This document shows, piece after piece, positions 13,359 through 22,829 of a stretch of 64,000 bases of DNA. How positions within the stretch are numbered: the first letter of the stretch is position 1; every line of letters begins with the position of its first letter. Source of the stretch: an uncultured Eubacteriales bacterium. Lineage in GTDB: Bacteria; Bacillota; Clostridia; Oscillospirales; Acutalibacteraceae. The position numbers and the translations under genes were made by a program. Under the pieces are notes generated by a model. The model had not been told where the DNA came from. It made no database searches and was given only the letters and a program-made list of their open reading frames with translations. The stretch lies in assembly GCA_964454355.1 (NCBI GenBank), contig CAYVTA010000002.1, positions 8,428 to 72,427 on the forward strand. Direction: 5' to 3'.

Positions 13359-15586
13359 ATGCTTTCGTGGAATGTACGGCTGATAACTTCACGCTGCTGT
13401 TCTCGAGAAAGTTTGTTAAAGTTTACAGCATAACCGGAAACACGGATGGTCAGATTGGGATATGCATCCGGATCTTCATAAGCCTTCATAAGTGTTTCCC
13501 TGTTCATAACATTTACATTTATATGATGTGCGTTCTTTGCAAAATAGCCGTCAAGAATTGAAACAAGATTATTAACACGCTCTTCATCATTTCTTCCGAG
13601 AGTATCGGGAGTGATTGAAAACGTATTGGAAATACCGTCACGGCAATCATCATAGCTGATTTTTGCCACAGAGTTAAGTGATGCCAATGCACCGTTTTCC
13701 TCTCTGTTATGCATTGGATTGGCACCCGGTGCAAAAGGTGCTGCTGCTTTTCTTCCGTCGGGAGTTGCACCTGTATTTTTGCCGTACATAACATTTGAAG
13801 TAATAGTCAAAACTGAAAGTGTGTGAATTGCGTTACGATATGTGGGAGTTTTACGAAGTTGAGTTATCATACGATGAGTCATATCCTTAGCAATAAGGTC
13901 AACACGGTCGTCATCGTTGCCGAATTTAGGGAAATCACCTGTTGTATTAAATCCTGTTATATAACCAATCTCATTTTTAACAGGTCTGACATCGGCATAT
14001 TTTATTGCACTCAGAGAATCTGCAACAACAGATAGTCCTGCTATACCAAAAGCCATAAAACGCTCCACTTCAGAATCGTGAAGTGCCATCTGAGATTTTT
14101 CATAAGCGTATTTATCGTGCATATAATGAATGATGTTCATTGTATTAACATAAAGCTTGCAAAGCCAACTGATATAAATATCATATCTTTCCATAACTGA
14201 ATCGAAGTCCAGTTTGTCTGCTTCCAACACCGGCATTTGAGGTCCGATGTGTATACCGCTGGTTGTGTCGTAACCACCATTGATTGCAATAAGCAGAAGC
14301 TTTGCAAGATTGCAGCGTGCACCAAAGAACTGCATCTGCTTGCCGACCTTCATGGCTGAGACACAACAGGCAATCGCATAATCATCACCGTATATCGGTC
14401 TCATAATATCGTCATTTTCATACTGAATTGAATCTGTTTCAACGGAAACCTTTGCACAGAATTTTTTAAAGTTTTCGGGAAGATAATTTGACCAAAGCAC
14501 CGTAAGATTAGGTTCGGGAGAAGATCCCAAAGTGTAAAGAGTGTTAAGAATACGATAACTGCTCTTTGTAACAAGAGTTCTGCCATCTTCACATATGCCG
14601 CCCACAGCTTCAGTTATCCACATAGGATCGCCGCCGAAAAGCTCGTTATATTCAGGTGTACGAAGATGTCTTGCTATTCTCAATTTTATGACAAAATCGT
14701 CAATAAGCTCCTGAGCACCTTCTTCTGTAAGAGTGCCGTTTGCAAGGTCACGTTCAATATAAATATCAAAGAAAGTACTGACTCTTCCCAGTGACATTGC
14801 AGCACCGTTCTGCTCCTTTATAGCGGCAAGATATGCAAAATATGTCCACTGAATCGCTTCACGTGCATTTTCCGCAGGCTGGCTGATATCAAAACCATAC
14901 ATAGCAGCCATATCCTTCATATAGCCTAAAAAAACTATCTGACGAGCAAGCTCTTCATCAAGTCTTATTTGTTCAGTATCAAATGTGCCGTTGGAGAGCT
15001 TCTGTTTATCTTTTTTCTTTTCTTCAAGAAGGCGGTCAATACCATAAAGAGCAACTCTGCGGTAATCACCGATTATTCTGCCTCTGCCGTATGCATCGGG
15101 AAGCCCGGTTATAACATGGCACTTACGAGCCTGACGCATTTCATCCGTATATGCACGGAAAACACCGTCATTATGAGTTGTACGGTAACGAAATTCCTCT
15201 TCAATTTTTTCACTGAGCTTATAACCGTATGCTTCACATGCCTGACGTGCCATTCTTATACCGCCAAAGGGATTAACCCCCCTTTTCAAAGGACGGTTAG
15301 TCTGCATACCAACGATAATTTCATTGTCTTTATCAATATATCCGGGAGAATAGCTTGTCAGAGAAGACACTGTAGCAGTATCAATTTCAAGCACACCGCC
15401 GAATCTGCGTTCAAGGACAAAAAGCTCATTGACCTGATTCATAAGGTTTTTTGTTCTATCTGTAGCACAGGCAAGAAAGCTGTCATCACCTGAATAGGGA
15501 TTGAAATTTGTCTGAATAAAATCACGAACATTAATTTCAGCTTTCCATGTCTGTCCTTTAAATCCGTTCCAATTTTTGTGTTCCAT
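13355..15586 (-). CDS. pflB: Pyruvate formate-lyase (glycyl radical enzyme)
   Basis: C-terminal RVSGYAVNF glycyl-radical motif, an active-site CC pair (ACCVSAM), 743 aa. Confidence 0.95.
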   Translation of the reverse strand: MEHKNWNGFKGQTWKAEINVRDFIQTNFNPYSGDDSFLACATDRTKNLMNQVNELFVLERRFGGVLEIDTATVSSLTSYSPGYIDKDNEIIVGMQTNRPLKRGVNPFGGIRMARQACEAYGYKLSEKIEEEFRYRTTHNDGVFRAYTDEMRQARKCHVITGLPDAYGRGRIIGDYRRVALYGIDRLLEEKKKDKQKLSNGTFDTEQIRLDEELARQIVFLGYMKDMAAMYGFDISQPAENAREAIQWTYFAYLAAIKEQNGAAMSLGRVSTFFDIYIERDLANGTLTEEGAQELIDDFVIKLRIARHLRTPEYNELFGGDPMWITEAVGGICEDGRTLVTKSSYRILNTLYTLGSSPEPNLTVLWSNYLPENFKKFCAKVSVETDSIQYENDDIMRPIYGDDYAIACCVSAMKVGKQMQFFGARCNLAKLLLIAINGGYDTTSGIHIGPQMPVLEADKLDFDSVMERYDIYISWLCKLYVNTMNIIHYMHDKYAYEKSQMALHDSEVERFMAFGIAGLSVVADSLSAIKYADVRPVKNEIGYITGFNTTGDFPKFGNDDDRVDLIAKDMTHRMITQLRKTPTYRNAIHTLSVLTITSNVMYGKNTGATPDGRKAAAPFAPGANPMHNREENGALASLNSVAKISYDDCRDGISNTFSITPDTLGRNDEERVNNLVSILDGYFAKNAHHINVNVMNRETLMKAYEDPDAYPNLTIRVSGYAVNFNKLSREQQREVISRTFHESI

Positions 15587-15607
15587 ATGTGTATTCTCCT
15601 TTGCAAC

Positions 15608-15714
15608 AAAAAAAGGGCAAGTCAGCTTGACTTAAACTGACTTGCCCAGACGGTCGGCATATATCTTTTACATTCCCATGCAGTATTCTGCTTTATCCGT
15701 CAGTCATGTAAAAG
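15608..15714 (-). promoter_or_regulatory. ZTP (pfl-motif) riboswitch aptamer plus intrinsic-terminator expression platform in the pflB leader
   Basis: Minus-strand RNA: CUUUUACAUGACUGACGGAUAAAGCAGAAUACUGCAUGGGAAUGUAAAAG-AUAUAU-GCCGACCGUCUGGGCA. Pairings seen: P1 CUUUUACAU/AUGUAAAAG, P2 GCAG/CUGC, pseudoknot GACGG/CCGUC. Both conserved cores, GACUG(A/G)CGG and CCG(U/C)CUGGGC, are present. Next comes GGGCAAGUCAG-N11-CUGACUUGCCC-U7. Its 5' arm overlaps the 3' end of the aptamer, and the U-tract ends 8 nt before the pflB RBS. Confidence 0.82.
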
Positions 15715-15729
15715 TCAAATAGTAATATT

Positions 15730-15758
15730 ATTATATATCATTGGAGTGATTTTGTCAA
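15730..15758 (-). promoter_or_regulatory. Sigma-A promoter of the pflBA leader
   Basis: Minus strand reads TTGACA-17 nt-TATAAT, both hexamers matching consensus exactly. It lies about 15 nt upstream of the riboswitch P1. Confidence 0.65.
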
Positions 15759-15814
15759 TTAATAAAGATAGACAAATCAACGGCTATATAAAAGTATAAT
15801 TTGTAAATATTAAA

Positions 15815-17593
15815 TCAAGTGTCAATATTGTCGAACTGACTGTTATAAAGCTCATAATAAAAGCCTTTTTCATTAAGCAGCCGTTCATGGTTGCCCTGCT
15901 CTATAACCTTACCGTCACGCATGACAAGAATCACATCCGCATCCCTTATGGTTGAAAGTCTGTGTGCAACAATAAAAGTTGTTCTGCCTTGCATAAGCTT
16001 CATAAAAGCTTTCTGAATGCGAATTTCAGTTCTTGTATCAATAGATGATGTAGCCTCATCAAGAATCAGCATAGGCGGCTGACAAAGCATCAATCTTGAT
16101 ATGCACAAAAGCTGTTTCTGCCCCTGTGAAAGACCTCCTCCATCTTCGCCGACATAGGTATCATATCCGTTGGGAAGCCTTTTAATAAAAGAGTGAGCAT
16201 GAGCTGCTTTTGCTGCAGCAACTATCTCTTCATCAGAAGCATCCCTCTTGCCCATTGCAATATTTTCCTTGATCGTGCCCTGACGGATCCATGTTTCCTG
16301 CAAAACCATGCCAAAACCGTGGCGAAGACTATTCCTTGTAATATCTCTGATATCATTATCATCAACCTTGACACTGCCTGAATCAACATCATAAAAACGC
16401 ATCAACAGATTGATGATTGTTGTTTTTCCGCATCCCGTAGGTCCGACGATAGCAACTCTTTGACCGGGCTTTACGTCAAGATTCAGATTTTCAATAAGCT
16501 TCTTTTGCTTATCGTATGAAAAATACACATTATCCAGCGTTACATTACCTTCAACATTAGTGAGAACCGTTGCATTTTCTTTGTCGGGTGTTCTTGGATT
16601 TTCATCAATAAGCTCAAAAATTCTTGCAGCACAGGCAAAAGCATTCTGAAGCTCTGTAATGACACCGGAAATTTCATTAAAAGGCTTTGTGTACTGATTT
16701 GCATAGCTGAGAAGACAGCTCAAGCTTCCCACTGTAAAAAGTGCTCCTGTATCAAAGCCCATGCCTATAACAGCAAAAGCACCCGTAAGAGCTACAAATG
16801 CGTAAACAACACTGTTAACAAAACGTGTGGAAGGATTTACAAGTGATGAAAAAAATGTGGCTTGCAATGAGCTTTTTTCAAGACGGGAATTAATCCGGGA
16901 AAATTTTTCAATATTTTCGTCTTCCCTGCCGAAAGCTTTTACAACCTTCTGATTTTCAATCATTTCATTAATAAATGCTGTCTGTTCACCTCTGATTTCC
17001 GATTGCCGTCTGAAATATCCGTAGGTCTTTTTTGAAATAAACCTTGCAACAAACAGTGAAAGAGGTGTCAATACTACGACGACAAGAGCTATCTTCCAAT
17101 TTATGGACAACATAAACGCAAGAGTTCCCAAAATAGTTACAACTCCGGTAAAAAGCTGTGTAAATCCCATAAGCAAGCCGTCTGCAAACTGATCCGCATC
17201 GGCAATTAAACGGCTGACCGTATCACCGTGAGGATGCGAGTCAATATATTCAAGAGGAAGTATGCCTATTTTCTTAAAAGCTTCTTCTCTGACATTCCTA
17301 ACAATATGAAAGGTTATCTTATTATTGACTGTGTTCATCAACCACTGAACTGCGGCAACAAAAACGGCAATAACAGCAATTTCCAAAAGAAGCACACCGA
17401 TTGCTTGAAAATCAACATTTCCCGGTTCAACTATCAGATCAATCGCTTCACCGATAAGGATGGGAGCATAAAGTGTACCTGCAACGCTGACTGCAGCAAG
17501 TATAACCGATAGAAGAAGTAATAATTTATATCTTTTTATATGACGAAAAATCTGTTTAAATGTCCCCGAGGGTACTTTTTGTAGCTTTGCCAT
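15815..17593 (-). CDS. ABC exporter, fused permease/ATPase (heterodimer subunit B)
   Basis: Six-TM N-terminal half, Walker A GPTGCGKTT, signature LSQGQKQ, Walker B LILDEATS. The ATG at 17593 follows GAAGGAGGG and lies next to the upstream stop. The 38-codon extension in the ORF track overlaps the upstream gene. Confidence 0.88.
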   Translation of the reverse strand: MAKLQKVPSGTFKQIFRHIKRYKLLLLLSVILAAVSVAGTLYAPILIGEAIDLIVEPGNVDFQAIGVLLLEIAVIAVFVAAVQWLMNTVNNKITFHIVRNVREEAFKKIGILPLEYIDSHPHGDTVSRLIADADQFADGLLMGFTQLFTGVVTILGTLAFMLSINWKIALVVVVLTPLSLFVARFISKKTYGYFRRQSEIRGEQTAFINEMIENQKVVKAFGREDENIEKFSRINSRLEKSSLQATFFSSLVNPSTRFVNSVVYAFVALTGAFAVIGMGFDTGALFTVGSLSCLLSYANQYTKPFNEISGVITELQNAFACAARIFELIDENPRTPDKENATVLTNVEGNVTLDNVYFSYDKQKKLIENLNLDVKPGQRVAIVGPTGCGKTTIINLLMRFYDVDSGSVKVDDNDIRDITRNSLRHGFGMVLQETWIRQGTIKENIAMGKRDASDEEIVAAAKAAHAHSFIKRLPNGYDTYVGEDGGGLSQGQKQLLCISRLMLCQPPMLILDEATSSIDTRTEIRIQKAFMKLMQGRTTFIVAHRLSTIRDADVILVMRDGKVIEQGNHERLLNEKGFYYELYNSQFDNIDT

Positions 17594-17594
17594 T

Positions 17595-19319
17595 TTATGC
17601 ACCCTCCTTCTTAAACTGTGATTCATAAATTTCACGATAAACCGTACAATTTTCCAAAAGCTCAGTATGTGTTCCGATTCCGACCATTTCACCGTCATCA
17701 AGAACAATTATTTTATCCGCATTTTGCACCGAAGAAGCACGCTGAGAAACGATAAAAACAGTGGAATCATCACATTCTGAACCTATCGCCTTTCTCAATG
17801 CAGCATCGGTTGCGAAGTCAAGTGCAGAAGCACTATCGTCAAGTATAAGTATTTCAGGCTTCTTCACTAACGCTCTTGCAACGGTAAGACGCTGTCTCTG
17901 ACCGCCGGACAGATTTTTACCGCCTTGTTCAACAACTGCATCAAGACCGCCTTTTGATTTTATTACATCTGCCGCACAGGCTGTTTCAACCGCTTGCATT
18001 ATTGCGGTATCATCAGCATTCTCATTACCCCAAAGAAGATTATCTCTTATAGTACCGCCGAAAAGCACTGCCTTTTGAGGGACGATTCCCATTTTATTAC
18101 GAAGTTCATCCGCAGCGTAATCTTTAACATCGATTCCGTCAACAGATACGCTTCCCTTACTTGCATGATAAAACCCCGGTATCATATTCACAAGCGAAGT
18201 TTTACCCGAACCTGTACCGCCGATAATACCGACTGTTTCTCCATGCTTAACCTTGAAATCAATTCCGGAAAGTGAATCCTCAGAGGCATTTTTATACTTT
18301 AACGAAACATTTTTAAATTCAACTGCATATTCATTTGACTTCGTACCTTTTGTTTTTTCAGGCATATCTGCCGAAGGCTCAATTTCAAGAACAGCTTGAA
18401 TTCGGTTTCCGCAGGCTACAGCTTTCGTGATACTGATAATAAGATTTGCCAACTTTACAAGCTCAACAAGAATCTGGGTCATATAGTTGTAAAGAGCTAC
18501 CACTGCTCCCTGCGTAAGAACTCCGGCCTCAACCTTGATTGCACCTGTGTGAATCAGCCACACGATAGCAAAATTTACAATGATATATGTCAACGGGTTC
18601 ATTAATGCAGATATTCTGCCGGTAAACTCCTGCATTTTTGTTAGAGCATTGTTTCTTCGTGAAAATTCCTGTTTTTCTTCATTCTCAAGACAAAATGCTC
18701 TTATAACTCTTGCACCTGTAAGGTTTTCTTTTGTTATTGAAAGCACACCGTCAAGCCTTGACTGTACTTTTTTATAGAGAGGGATGCATGAAAGCATTAT
18801 TCCAAAAACAACAACAGATAACACCGCAATTCCCGCAGCAAAAATACCTCCGGAGGATGCATCAATTGAAAAAGCCATTATCATTGCACCGAAAACAACG
18901 AACGGAGAGCGCATAAGAAGCCGCAATGTAAGATTTATACCATTTTGAACCTGATTTGCGTCACTAGTCATTCGGGTTATAAGTGATGATGTTCCCAGTG
19001 TATCGAGTTCAGTATAAGTAAGCGTTTGAATGTGCTCAAAAAGTGACTGTTTTATCCTTGCAGTAAAGCCAACTGCCGCCTTTGCGGCAAAATACTGTGC
19101 AATTACCGAAAATCCCAATCCTGCCAATCCAAGTGCAATAAGCAAACAGCACATTTTTATTACATAATTCACATTGCCTTCACCGGACAAGCCCACATCG
19201 ATAATCTGTGCAATTACAAGGGGAACGATCAGATCAAGCAGTGCCTCAAGCATTTTTAAAAGAGGACTCAGTATACTTTCCTTCACATAGGGTTTCATAT
19301 AAACAAGAAGCTTTTTCAT
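17595..19319 (-). CDS. ABC exporter, fused permease/ATPase (heterodimer subunit A)
   Basis: Walker A GGTGSGKTS, signature LSGGQRQR, Walker B LILDDSASALD, with an N-terminal TM domain. Confidence 0.88.
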   Translation of the reverse strand: MKKLLVYMKPYVKESILSPLLKMLEALLDLIVPLVIAQIIDVGLSGEGNVNYVIKMCCLLIALGLAGLGFSVIAQYFAAKAAVGFTARIKQSLFEHIQTLTYTELDTLGTSSLITRMTSDANQVQNGINLTLRLLMRSPFVVFGAMIMAFSIDASSGGIFAAGIAVLSVVVFGIMLSCIPLYKKVQSRLDGVLSITKENLTGARVIRAFCLENEEKQEFSRRNNALTKMQEFTGRISALMNPLTYIIVNFAIVWLIHTGAIKVEAGVLTQGAVVALYNYMTQILVELVKLANLIISITKAVACGNRIQAVLEIEPSADMPEKTKGTKSNEYAVEFKNVSLKYKNASEDSLSGIDFKVKHGETVGIIGGTGSGKTSLVNMIPGFYHASKGSVSVDGIDVKDYAADELRNKMGIVPQKAVLFGGTIRDNLLWGNENADDTAIMQAVETACAADVIKSKGGLDAVVEQGGKNLSGGQRQRLTVARALVKKPEILILDDSASALDFATDAALRKAIGSECDDSTVFIVSQRASSVQNADKIIVLDDGEMVGIGTHTELLENCTVYREIYESQFKKEGA

Positions 19320-19353
19320 TTTAATAAATACCTCAATAATATATTACTTGATT

Positions 19354-19382
19354 AATATACCATAATTTTGAATCAGAATCAA
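19354..19382 (-). promoter_or_regulatory. Candidate sigma-A promoter of the ABC exporter operon
   Basis: Minus strand reads TTGATT-17 nt-TATATT, with TGg immediately upstream of the -10. A TGAGGT RBS lies about 27 nt downstream. Confidence 0.55.
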
Positions 19383-19579
19383 CAAATAAAACAAGAAAAC
19401 AGCTTTCGCCCTACTGCGGCGACCGTTTTCGGTTTGTCCATCGCCGTGCCCGCAAAAAGGGACCCGATAAAACGTTAGTTTTGTTTGGAGATGAGAAGCA
19501 ACGCAGTGAAAGAGCTTTTTTGTGCTTGCACAAAAACGATTGATACGAAGTTTGCGACGACGACGGCGGGACATATAAT

Positions 19580-19621
19580 CTTTTTACTTTATGGAAACGC
19601 AGTTTCCTATAAAGTAAAAAG
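19580..19621. repeat. Long imperfect inverted repeat (19-bp stem, one bulge, 3-nt loop)
   Basis: CTTTTTACTTTATGGAAAC-gca-GTTTCC(T)ATAAAGTAAAAAG. It sits between the phosphoesterase terminator and the GC-rich island. Confidence 0.8.
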
Positions 19622-19658
19622 AAACCCGAATCTCACAAGAAATGTAAAATTCGGATTC
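19612..19658 (-). terminator. Probable intrinsic terminator of the metallophosphoesterase gene
   Basis: Minus strand reads GAAUCCGAAU-N17-AUUCGGGUUUC (9-10 bp including G-U pairs), followed by UUUUUACUUU. Confidence 0.5.
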
Positions 19659-19707
19659 TCTTGATTTAATTAATACAATAACATTTCCGGCATTTGGGAA
19701 ATACTTA

Positions 19708-21144
19708 TTATTTACCGAAAAGACAATCAAAGAAGTTTACGTCATAACCGTCATCTTTAAGGTCTGAGTAAACACCGATATTGTTAAAGAGTGCATATAC
19801 AGCACCGACTTTTCTTACAAAGCCGTTCCAGATGGACTGGAAGAAGCCTGTTTCCTTATGACCTCCATCATTTGTCGTCTTTGTAATTGAAAAGCTGTTG
19901 AAGGGTTCATTGCTGCCAAGCTCATAAGAATTTACAGTTATTGAATTCTCGGTAAAATCGAGAATGTTATATGTTGCCTCATCTGTAAGGTAATCATAAC
20001 CAACCCAATCATTAAGACCGATTTCATCATCACTTCTGGGTCTTGTTATTGAACATGATACCATATATACAGTACCGGCAGGATCAACCATTTCAGATTC
20101 CAAATCAGAAACATTCTTGTTATTATAAAGAACATTTGTAACTGTGTAATAATGGCTATGACCGAGAAGAACAAGGTCAATACCGTATTCATCGGCAATC
20201 GGTCCCCAAATCATTCTCAAAAGAGCATTTTCACTCTCTCTGTGAGGGATTCTGCCGCTGTAGAGGTCATGATGGCACATCATAACCTTCCATTTTACAT
20301 CAGGATTTGCTTCAAGAGCAGCTTCAATGAAACCTGCATGAGCTTCACCGTTACCGCTGTTTGAGTCCATAACAAGAAAAAGAACATCACCCTTTACGAA
20401 CCAATAATCTTCGCCTATATAGGATGTTATCATTGCTTCGGTGTCCTCATTGGGAAGATTTGTAAATGTTTTATAAGCAACACCCTTGCGGTCATGGTTA
20501 CCGATAGTTGTTGCAAGAGAAAGAGAGCTGAGATAAGGGTTAGCACAATACGCTTTATACTCAACCTCAAGACCTTCTGTTGCCTGGTCACCTGTTGAAA
20601 GAACAAGAGATACATCAGGATTATTGCTCAATGCAGCCTCAATCGTATTGCTGAATTTATATGCTGTATCATAAAGAACGTTCTCATTCTCGTCATCATT
20701 AGCCGTAACATGAACATCTGTAACATACATTGCGGAGAAATCCGTACCGCTGTCAGTTGTGAAGCTGTAAACAGATGAAGTATAATCACCGCTTACACAC
20801 TGATAATAATATGTTGTACCTTCTGCAAGACCTGTTACTGTAACTTTGTTTGAATAGTCACCGTCAGGAGCTGCAACGCAAACACCCTTAAATGTTTTTG
20901 CAGAAGTCATAAGCTCATCCTCAGAAAGCTTCACATAAGGCTCGCTTTCGGCATCAGAATACCATGAGAGATTACGCTCTGTCTCATCACTGCCTACGAA
21001 AATAACAATACCTGCAGCAGCATCGTCACTTTCCCATACTGAGTCCCATTCGCTCTCACTCATTGCAAAAGACGGAAGTGCCATCGTTGCAAGCATAAGA
21101 ACGGCAAGAAATACAGAAAGAACTTTTTTTGAAATTGATCTCAT
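19708..21144 (-). CDS. Secreted metallophosphoesterase (purple-acid-phosphatase-like)
   Basis: Signal peptide MRSISKKVLSVFLAVLMLATMALPSFA. Metallophosphoesterase blocks GDQ, GNHD, MCHHDLY and GHSHYY, plus an N-terminal FN3/PAP-like region. Confidence 0.8.
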   Translation of the reverse strand: MRSISKKVLSVFLAVLMLATMALPSFAMSESEWDSVWESDDAAAGIVIFVGSDETERNLSWYSDAESEPYVKLSEDELMTSAKTFKGVCVAAPDGDYSNKVTVTGLAEGTTYYYQCVSGDYTSSVYSFTTDSGTDFSAMYVTDVHVTANDDENENVLYDTAYKFSNTIEAALSNNPDVSLVLSTGDQATEGLEVEYKAYCANPYLSSLSLATTIGNHDRKGVAYKTFTNLPNEDTEAMITSYIGEDYWFVKGDVLFLVMDSNSGNGEAHAGFIEAALEANPDVKWKVMMCHHDLYSGRIPHRESENALLRMIWGPIADEYGIDLVLLGHSHYYTVTNVLYNNKNVSDLESEMVDPAGTVYMVSCSITRPRSDDEIGLNDWVGYDYLTDEATYNILDFTENSITVNSYELGSNEPFNSFSITKTTNDGGHKETGFFQSIWNGFVRKVGAVYALFNNIGVYSDLKDDGYDVNFFDCLFGK

Positions 21145-21258
21145 AAAATTTCATTCCTCTCTTATATTATGCTCTAAATTATACCACTTTTCAAAATCTT
21201 TGTCAATGAAAAACATCTGTTTATAAATTAATTTCGCACAATTTATTTAATATTTTAT

Positions 21259-21288
21259 TTGACAATTATGTATAAATTGTGCTATACT
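21259..21288 (+). promoter_or_regulatory. Candidate sigma-A promoter of the GPH symporter gene
   Basis: TTGACA-18 nt-TATACT with TGc immediately upstream of the -10. It is bracketed by an 11-bp inverted repeat (see findings). Confidence 0.55.
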
Positions 21289-21325
21289 ATTTTTTGACAA
21301 AAATACTAAAAAAGGGGTTTTTTTA

Positions 21326-22762
21326 ATGGCAAAAACTTCATCATCAATCCGTCCTTTCGGCATAAAGGACAAATTGGGTTATGCTCTGGGAGATATGGGC
21401 TGCGGCTTCTCCTTCCAGCTTATCTCCACTTATATGCAGCTTTTTTACTGCCAGCTCATCGGTATTAAAGCTGAGCATTATGCCGCAATAATTTTTATTT
21501 CAAAATTATGGGACGCAATAAATGATGTTCTCATCGGCAATCTTGTTGACACAAAGCGAATCGGCAAAAAGAGCAAATATATGCCCTGGATACTTATGGG
21601 TGCAGTCGGACTTGTGGGACTTACAATTATGATTTTTGCTCCCGTAGGCAACTTCTCCTACGCAGGCAAAGTTACATGGTGTCTCCTTTCCTATTGTCTG
21701 TGGTCAGTTGCTTACACAATGGTAAATGTTCCCTACGGATCACTTCTTAACGTAATAACTGACGACCCGAAACAGAGAACATCTCTTTCTACTTTCCGTT
21801 CTATAGGTGCCTCACTTCCGGGTGTAATTGTTATGCTTGTTCTGCCTAATGTTGTTTATTCAAGCACAACAACTGAAACAGGTGAAACGGCAGATGTACT
21901 CAACGGCAATTATCTGCTGATTGCAGCAGTTATAATGTCAATTCTTGCACTCATTACACTTTGGGGCACAACAAAGCTTGTCACAGAGCGTGTTGAACGT
22001 AAAGATACAGGTGCTTCAGCAAACGGTGCAAAAGCATTCTTCTCTGCTTTTAAATCTTTCTTTACAAACCGTCCCATGGTCGGTGCGACTGTTGCAACAA
22101 TAGCATCCGTTGCCTTCTTCAATTCAACAGCGTCACTTAACAACATGGTCTTCCAATACTTCTTTGAAGATACAAGCAAATTAACCCTTGCCATGATCGG
22201 CAGCTATGCACCTATGCTTGTTGCTATGGCACTCATCGGCAAGCTTACAGGCAAATTCGGCAAGAAAAAGGTTGCTTCTGTAGGTATGCTCATCAGCACT
22301 ATCGCAGGTATTGCATCACTACTCATTCCTCTTGAAGCAACTACCGGAGGAATGGTACTTTATATAGTTATTCTCATGTTTCTTAATACAGGTAACGGTC
22401 TTTTCCAGATTTCCGTATGGGCAATCGTTGCAGACTGTATTGAGATCAGCTACAGAAAAACAGGAAAAAGTGAGGAAGGCTCTCTCTACGCACTTTACTC
22501 CTTCTTCAGAAAACTCTCTCAGGGTGTAGGTCAGGCTATTTCTTCACTTGGTCTTGCTGCAATCGGATTTGTTGAAGGCACAGGAGCAGTCCAACCCGAA
22601 GGATTTGGTGAAAGCATAAAAAATCTATACTTTATTGTTCTTTTCGCAGGCTCACTTATCGCATTCATTGCAATGACATTTGTATACAACATTTCTCATA
22701 AACATGAAATTGAATTCAGCCAAAATTCAAACGAAAATGCACCCGAAACAGTAAATGCGTAA
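21326..22762 (+). CDS. Glycoside-pentoside-hexuronide (GPH):cation symporter, MelB/XylP-like
   Basis: N-terminal KDKLGYALGDMGCGFSFQLISTYMQLFY is typical of the GPH family. About 12 TM helices. AAGGGG RBS. Confidence 0.85.
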   Translation: MAKTSSSIRPFGIKDKLGYALGDMGCGFSFQLISTYMQLFYCQLIGIKAEHYAAIIFISKLWDAINDVLIGNLVDTKRIGKKSKYMPWILMGAVGLVGLTIMIFAPVGNFSYAGKVTWCLLSYCLWSVAYTMVNVPYGSLLNVITDDPKQRTSLSTFRSIGASLPGVIVMLVLPNVVYSSTTTETGETADVLNGNYLLIAAVIMSILALITLWGTTKLVTERVERKDTGASANGAKAFFSAFKSFFTNRPMVGATVATIASVAFFNSTASLNNMVFQYFFEDTSKLTLAMIGSYAPMLVAMALIGKLTGKFGKKKVASVGMLISTIAGIASLLIPLEATTGGMVLYIVILMFLNTGNGLFQISVWAIVADCIEISYRKTGKSEEGSLYALYSFFRKLSQGVGQAISSLGLAAIGFVEGTGAVQPEGFGESIKNLYFIVLFAGSLIAFIAMTFVYNISHKHEIEFSQNSNENAPETVNA

Positions 22763-22792
22763 AGAAATACAATAATAAAATATTTATGTAAT

Positions 22793-22828
22793 ATGGCGGT
22801 ACAGCATAAGCTGTGCTGCCATTTTTAT
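22793..22828 (+). terminator. Intrinsic terminator between the convergent GPH and spoVAD genes
   Basis: ATGGCGGTACAGC-ATAA-GCTGTGCTGCCAT (13 bp including 2 G-U pairs), followed by TTTTTATTTT. Confidence 0.7.
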
Positions 22829-22829
22829 T

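Noticed and set aside
19440-19475. GGCGATGG...TCGCC on the minus strand, which recalls the P1 of a fluoride (crcB) riboswitch.
   Set aside because: The loop is far too long (18 nt). The downstream conserved segments and the pseudoknot partner are absent. The downstream genes are not fluoride-related, and the element lies upstream of the promoter.
19344-19574. A 76-aa Arg-rich ORF (MSRRRRRKLRINRF...) covering the GC-rich island.
   Set aside because: It has no Shine-Dalgarno sequence. It reads straight through the best ABC-operon promoter and ends in AT-rich promoter DNA. The composition looks like translated non-coding sequence. The region is kept as an unexplained-island finding instead.
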